Positions 33,976-37,073 of a stretch of DNA of 37,073 nt are shown one piece after another. Origin of the DNA: Candidatus Woesebacteria bacterium (GTDB lineage: Bacteria; Patescibacteriota; Microgenomatia; UBA1406; HO2-37-13b); NCBI GenBank assembly GCA_018062605.1, contig JAGORW010000002.1, forward strand, positions 1 through 37,073, written 5' to 3'. The notes below the pieces were generated by a model. It ran no database searches. It was given only the letters and a program-made list of their open reading frames with translations, and was not told the origin of the DNA. The position numbers were made by a program, and so were the translations under genes. Within the stretch, counting starts at the first letter, position 1; every line of letters starts with the position of its first letter.

Positions 33976-34554
33976 CTAGCCCACGCTACGAGCAACTTGC
34001 TGCTCTTGGGAAAGTGAATATTGAGTACCCTTTTTCTTTGTATTAGCTCCAAATGCAGAGCCTCGTGATGCTTTTTTTGATTGCATGGCCATTAACCATG
34101 TTTTAGCCTCGCCCACTTTAGCTTTAAGACCTCGAAGATATTGGAGTATCATTTCATAGTAGCGGACATGATAGATGCCAACTTTTTCAGGGATAGCCTG
34201 CAAAGCTGCCTGTTCAATCTTCATCACTTCATCGCTTAAACCGCTGCTATATGCGCGAATTTGTTTCACTTCACGTTGAATATCAGAAATGGTTTCTTGA
34301 AGCTGTTTAATCTCACTCTGTTTTGTGTGACTTTCATGAAAGGAAGTTTTATTGAAGGCTATAGTGAACTCAGGATTAGCACTTTTTGCAGTGCCATGTT
34401 CCAGCTTCTGTTGTTGGGCAAGTTGTTGCTCGAATTTGTTTTGATAGGCAGATATATCTTGGGCAAAAGCATCCCCTCTCCCGGTATTTACTAGGGATTC
34501 TTGAGGATTCTTATATAATCCAGACTTTGGTGTGGTCTGAGTTTGTGTTGCCAT
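33976..34554 (-). CDS. hypothetical coiled-coil protein
   Basis: 192-aa ORF, Q/K-rich helical. No family recognised. Confidence 0.5.
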   Translation of the reverse strand: MATQTQTTPKSGLYKNPQESLVNTGRGDAFAQDISAYQNKFEQQLAQQQKLEHGTAKSANPEFTIAFNKTSFHESHTKQSEIKQLQETISDIQREVKQIRAYSSGLSDEVMKIEQAALQAIPEKVGIYHVRYYEMILQYLRGLKAKVGEAKTWLMAMQSKKASRGSAFGANTKKKGTQYSLSQEQQVARSVG

Positions 34555-34568
34555 AATAGGCTATTTTA

Positions 34569-35438
34569 CTATAAGCCGCTCAAAAAATCAATGATCTTTT
34601 GTTTTCGCAGCATCATCGTATATACATACGCGTTCTGCTCAGCTTTTGCTCGCTCCTGTGGGTCCTTAATACCCTCAAGAAGTGCATCTACATCACTTTT
34701 TGCAACTGTAATATTCTCTTTATCACCAATTTGATTAAGCGCATATTCGAGCTTATATGTATTCATTATATCCTGAACCAGCTCTTCTTGCAGCTTTTCT
34801 TGAGATGTATCACGAGATTTCAAGTATGCCTCAATTGTGAGTCCAATCTTGCGGACATCATCCACAAGCCTGGAAAGTCGAATTTTAACCTCTTCATCAA
34901 TAAGCATTTGTGACATCTCAATTTTAGTGTCGTCCATCAGCTTTTTGAGAACATCATTGAGGAATTTTTCTTTCTTTTCGACTACTTTTGCATCGGCATC
35001 CTCGGTTGCATCTTTGCCTGGAACCCAAATATCATCCTTTTTTGAGTTAGCACGAACGTCTTCTACAATCTTTTTATAGTCAGGAATGTCAACAGAAGGC
35101 TCTAAAGCGATAGAAAGTTCAATAATCCAGTCCTCATTCTCTTTAGCAGACTTAAGCTCAATCTTAGGAGAGATAAATGGACGCAAATTGTCCATTTTGA
35201 CAGCATCATTGTAGATACCTGGGATCATACCTTGGATAAGTTCATCATAAACCTTTTCTTTGCTTGTGGTTTTGCGAACAATATCGATTGGAGCTTTGCC
35301 CTTTCTGAAACCTTCAATTTCAGTTTCTTGTGCAATTTTTTGAAGCGTTATCTCAAACTTTTCTTCTATTTCCTTAAATGGAATTGTAGCTTGATATACT
35401 GCTGTTCTGTGTTTATCTGATAGTTTTTTTAGTGTCAT
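34569..35438 (-). CDS. tig: trigger factor lacking the central PPIase domain
   Basis: Ribosome-binding signature GFRKGKAP in the N-domain, then a helical C-domain. Only 289 aa. The first 32 codons of the track ORF are the translated tRNA-Leu gene, so the start is set at MTLKKLSDK. Confidence 0.8.
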   Translation of the reverse strand: MTLKKLSDKHRTAVYQATIPFKEIEEKFEITLQKIAQETEIEGFRKGKAPIDIVRKTTSKEKVYDELIQGMIPGIYNDAVKMDNLRPFISPKIELKSAKENEDWIIELSIALEPSVDIPDYKKIVEDVRANSKKDDIWVPGKDATEDADAKVVEKKEKFLNDVLKKLMDDTKIEMSQMLIDEEVKIRLSRLVDDVRKIGLTIEAYLKSRDTSQEKLQEELVQDIMNTYKLEYALNQIGDKENITVAKSDVDALLEGIKDPQERAKAEQNAYVYTMMLRKQKIIDFLSGL

Positions 35439-35458
35439 AGTTTTGTGTAAAAATGGTG

Positions 35459-35540
35459 TGCCAGGAGAGGGAATCGAACCCACACACCTTGCGGTACAGG
35501 ATCCTAAATCCTGCGCGTCTACCAATTCCGCCATCCTGGC
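35459..35540 (-). tRNA. tRNA-Leu (anticodon TAG), long variable arm
   Basis: Acceptor GCCAGGA/TCCTGGC, anticodon stem CAGGA/TCCTG with loop TTTAGGA, variable arm ACC-GCAA-GGT, T loop TTCGATT (one T-T mismatch in the T stem). Confidence 0.85.
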
Positions 35541-35592
35541 TAGTCAAACAGCCTCAGCTTGCGCCGAGGCTCGATTGACAAGATGTGCTGAC

Positions 35593-35601
35593 ATTATAGC
35601 A
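35593..35601 (-). promoter_or_regulatory. extended -10 TGcTATAAT, 52 nt upstream of tRNA-Leu
   Basis: Minus-strand GTGCTATAAT. The leader contains the hairpin AGCCTC...GAGGCT. Confidence 0.45.
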
Positions 35602-35626
35602 CGCTCAAGTTGCTATGGAAAGCAAT

Positions 35627-36166
35627 TTAAAGAACATGCATTCTTTTCATACGATTTTCTTCAGCTCTAAAAGCATTCATATACATGACAACTTTAGGAG
35701 CCCATGTGGTTGATCCACCAGCATAGCGGGGACCAACTTCGTAGACAGTTTTAGCACCTTTGTTAAAGTATGATTTTCTCAAACCAGTAGCCACAGTAGT
35801 AATACCATGGTTCCAGTCGGTAAATTTGATTCTACCAACTCCCCATCCAAAGGGGTTATGAGTTCCAGGAATAAGGGCACGACCAAATCCAGATTCCACA
35901 CCAGTAATGGCAGGAAGCATGTAAGGGTCAATGTTCATTTCATATGCAATAGCTACAAAATGGTCAGCTGAGTCAACAAATGGTGATTTGTTCTTAGCTA
36001 ACACGTTCTTAATAGCTAACGTTTGAATCATACGTTCTGAGTCAACTTCAGTTTCAGATACGATCTGAGCTGAGTTATCAGCGATTTTCTCTATAGCTTT
36101 GGCATCTTGAGGTGAAACCACAAGAAAACCAATGAGCATGAGTACAAATATGATTAATTTTTTCAT
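35627..36166 (-). CDS. secreted glucosaminidase/FlgJ-like peptidoglycan hydrolase (tentative)
   Basis: Signal peptide MKKLIIFVLMLIGFLVVSPQDAKA. The block ITGVESGFGRALIPGTHNPFGWG resembles the ESgxG...NxFG glucosaminidase motif. Confidence 0.55.
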   Translation of the reverse strand: MKKLIIFVLMLIGFLVVSPQDAKAIEKIADNSAQIVSETEVDSERMIQTLAIKNVLAKNKSPFVDSADHFVAIAYEMNIDPYMLPAITGVESGFGRALIPGTHNPFGWGVGRIKFTDWNHGITTVATGLRKSYFNKGAKTVYEVGPRYAGGSTTWAPKVVMYMNAFRAEENRMKRMHVL

Positions 36167-36315
36167 GATAGTTGTTTAACTAATATATCTAGGCAACTTT
36201 TGAGTTATCTAGATTCCTAATTAAACGATGTACGTATGTGAAGAAGAATGTGGAGAGAATTTTTTAAGATCCTGGAGCCTGCTGGATTGAGCAACAGACT
36301 CCACAATCTGAGAAC

Positions 36316-36344
36316 AGTATATCACAAGACTATGGGTTTGTCAA
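36316..36344 (-). promoter_or_regulatory. consensus-like promoter TTGACA-17-TGaTATACT with a 5' UTR of about 140 nt
   Basis: -35 at 36344-36339 and -10 at 36321-36316 on the minus strand. It serves gene 35627..36166. Confidence 0.6.
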
Positions 36345-36369
36345 CACCTGTGTATAGCATTACGTAATA

Positions 36370-36969
36370 CTACGAGTTTTCAATTCTATGGAAGAAATAG
36401 CGTACGGCCCATGCCCAACTTCCGTTTGACCCAGGGGTGTACTTCTTCATAATCTGCTCTGTGGTGATTAGGCCTTTGTCTAGGTAATTCTTCTTAATTC
36501 CGGCGGAGACTGTCCTAATAGCCTCATCGTATGATGCAAACCGAGTGACTGTATCACCATAAATACCCCATCCCCAACAGTTATAGGAGTTTTCAGGTAT
36601 GAATTTGCATCCGGTGGACTCCTGGAGCGATATGGCAACCAAAAGCCTGTAATCGTAGCCAAATTTATCTGCTTCCTCAACAAGAAGATCCGAATAATCA
36701 AAAAGCGGTGAATTTATAGAGCGCAAATATCGACGAAGTTTAGCTGCACGACCATCAATCAGCTTCACATCAGATTCAATTGAGCCTACTAAATATGGTT
36801 CTTTCGAATTTTCAGGCTGAAACGAGTCAATATCTTCAATCTCAGCAAGGATGCGTGATTGATTCTTCTTTACCTGAATTGACTGATTAAGATTGTAAAT
36901 TAAAAAGAAATTAAGTCCACACAGAAGGCCAAAGAGAAGGATGAGTGTTCCAAGTCTATATTTAAGCAT
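36370..36969 (-). CDS. membrane-anchored paralogue of the peptidoglycan hydrolase-like protein
   Basis: N-terminal TM. The block VAISLQESTGCKFIPENSYNCWGWG is analogous to the neighbour's motif. Confidence 0.5.
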   Translation of the reverse strand: MLKYRLGTLILLFGLLCGLNFFLIYNLNQSIQVKKNQSRILAEIEDIDSFQPENSKEPYLVGSIESDVKLIDGRAAKLRRYLRSINSPLFDYSDLLVEEADKFGYDYRLLVAISLQESTGCKFIPENSYNCWGWGIYGDTVTRFASYDEAIRTVSAGIKKNYLDKGLITTEQIMKKYTPGSNGSWAWAVRYFFHRIENS

Positions 36970-36975
36970 TCTTTT

Positions 36976-36984
36976 ATACTATCA
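36976..36984 (-). promoter_or_regulatory. extended -10 TGaTAGTAT, 6 nt upstream of ATG 36969
   Basis: The minus strand reads TGATAGTAT-AAAAGA-ATG. Confidence 0.45.
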
Positions 36985-37073
36985 CAATCTGTAATAGTAG
37001 GTTGGAAATGGCTTATCCTCAATTGTTTTGTATAGTTTTGAGGTGAGTTTTGGGATTTTGAAGCCATGTGAAA

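Noticed and set aside
35439-35534. N-terminal 32 codons of track ORF 34569..35534 (MAELVDAQDLGSCTARCVGSIPSPGTPFLHKT).
   Set aside because: This stretch is the translation of the tRNA-Leu gene and its flank. The real tig start is the ATG at 35438.
36167-36309. c-di-AMP (ydaO-type) riboswitch upstream of the cell-wall hydrolase gene.
   Set aside because: I cannot find the conserved ydaO core elements or the pseudo-two-fold architecture. The segment is kept only as an unclassified structured leader.
1-37073. Alternative genetic code (UGA recoded as Gly or Trp, as in some CPR lineages).
   Set aside because: TGA terminates several well-defined genes at the expected protein ends: pilM at 11355-11357, the minor pilin at 9266-9268, and the KH protein at 17897-17899. 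No conserved protein needs read-through.
1-37073. Prophage, integrative element or transposon content.
   Set aside because: No integrase, transposase, recombinase, phage structural genes or long terminal or inverted repeats were recognised. The tRNA genes are intact, with no adjacent direct repeats of their 3' ends.

Overview
AT-rich, tightly packed bacterial chromosome segment using the standard code (TGA is a stop). Gene content and domain-minimised housekeeping proteins suggest a small-genome Patescibacteria/CPR-type organism; this is an inference. No rRNA, CRISPR, transposase or integrase was seen.

Left third:
- Envelope glycosylation genes (YfhO-like, DUF2723).
- A Gram-positive-style type IV pilus locus in two divergent units: pilB-pilT-pilC-major pilin on the minus strand, and holB, four prepilin-type minor pilins and pilM-pilN-pilO on the plus strand.
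- No secretin or prepilin peptidase in the window.

Middle:
- A small accessory islet: a 311-aa orphan convergent with a 216-aa protein carrying an RNxxxH HEPN-like motif.
- An SSS-type transporter, a TrmB regulator and a 2H phosphoesterase.
- rpsP-KH, then rpmF-nusB-rnc (rpmF is too short for the ORF track), recG, PBP1A and a PhzF-like gene.

Right third:
- An E. coli-like thrS-infC-rpmI-rplT-pheS-pheT block.
- A CPBP protease, tRNA-Val(GAC), a bPH protein, tRNA-Leu(TAG)-tig, and two paralogous peptidoglycan-hydrolase-like genes.

Most interesting signals not explained by the genes:
1. A family of helically phased, self-complementary 10-bp (and 8-bp) tandem units, core AAACTAGTTT / TTGAAACTGG, at five intergenic sites including both spacers of the pilus ATPase operon.
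2. A pervasive leaderless design: -10 boxes, mostly TGnTAnnnT, sit 5-8 nt upstream of the ATG of most operon-leading genes. Some are fused to the T-tract of the preceding terminator.
3. A candidate ribosome-mediated attenuator upstream of thrS: a 14-codon leaderless peptide with three consecutive Thr codons, alternative pairings and an intrinsic terminator.
4. The HEPN-like/orphan islet.

All functional calls come from by-eye motif recognition. No searches or folding programs were run.
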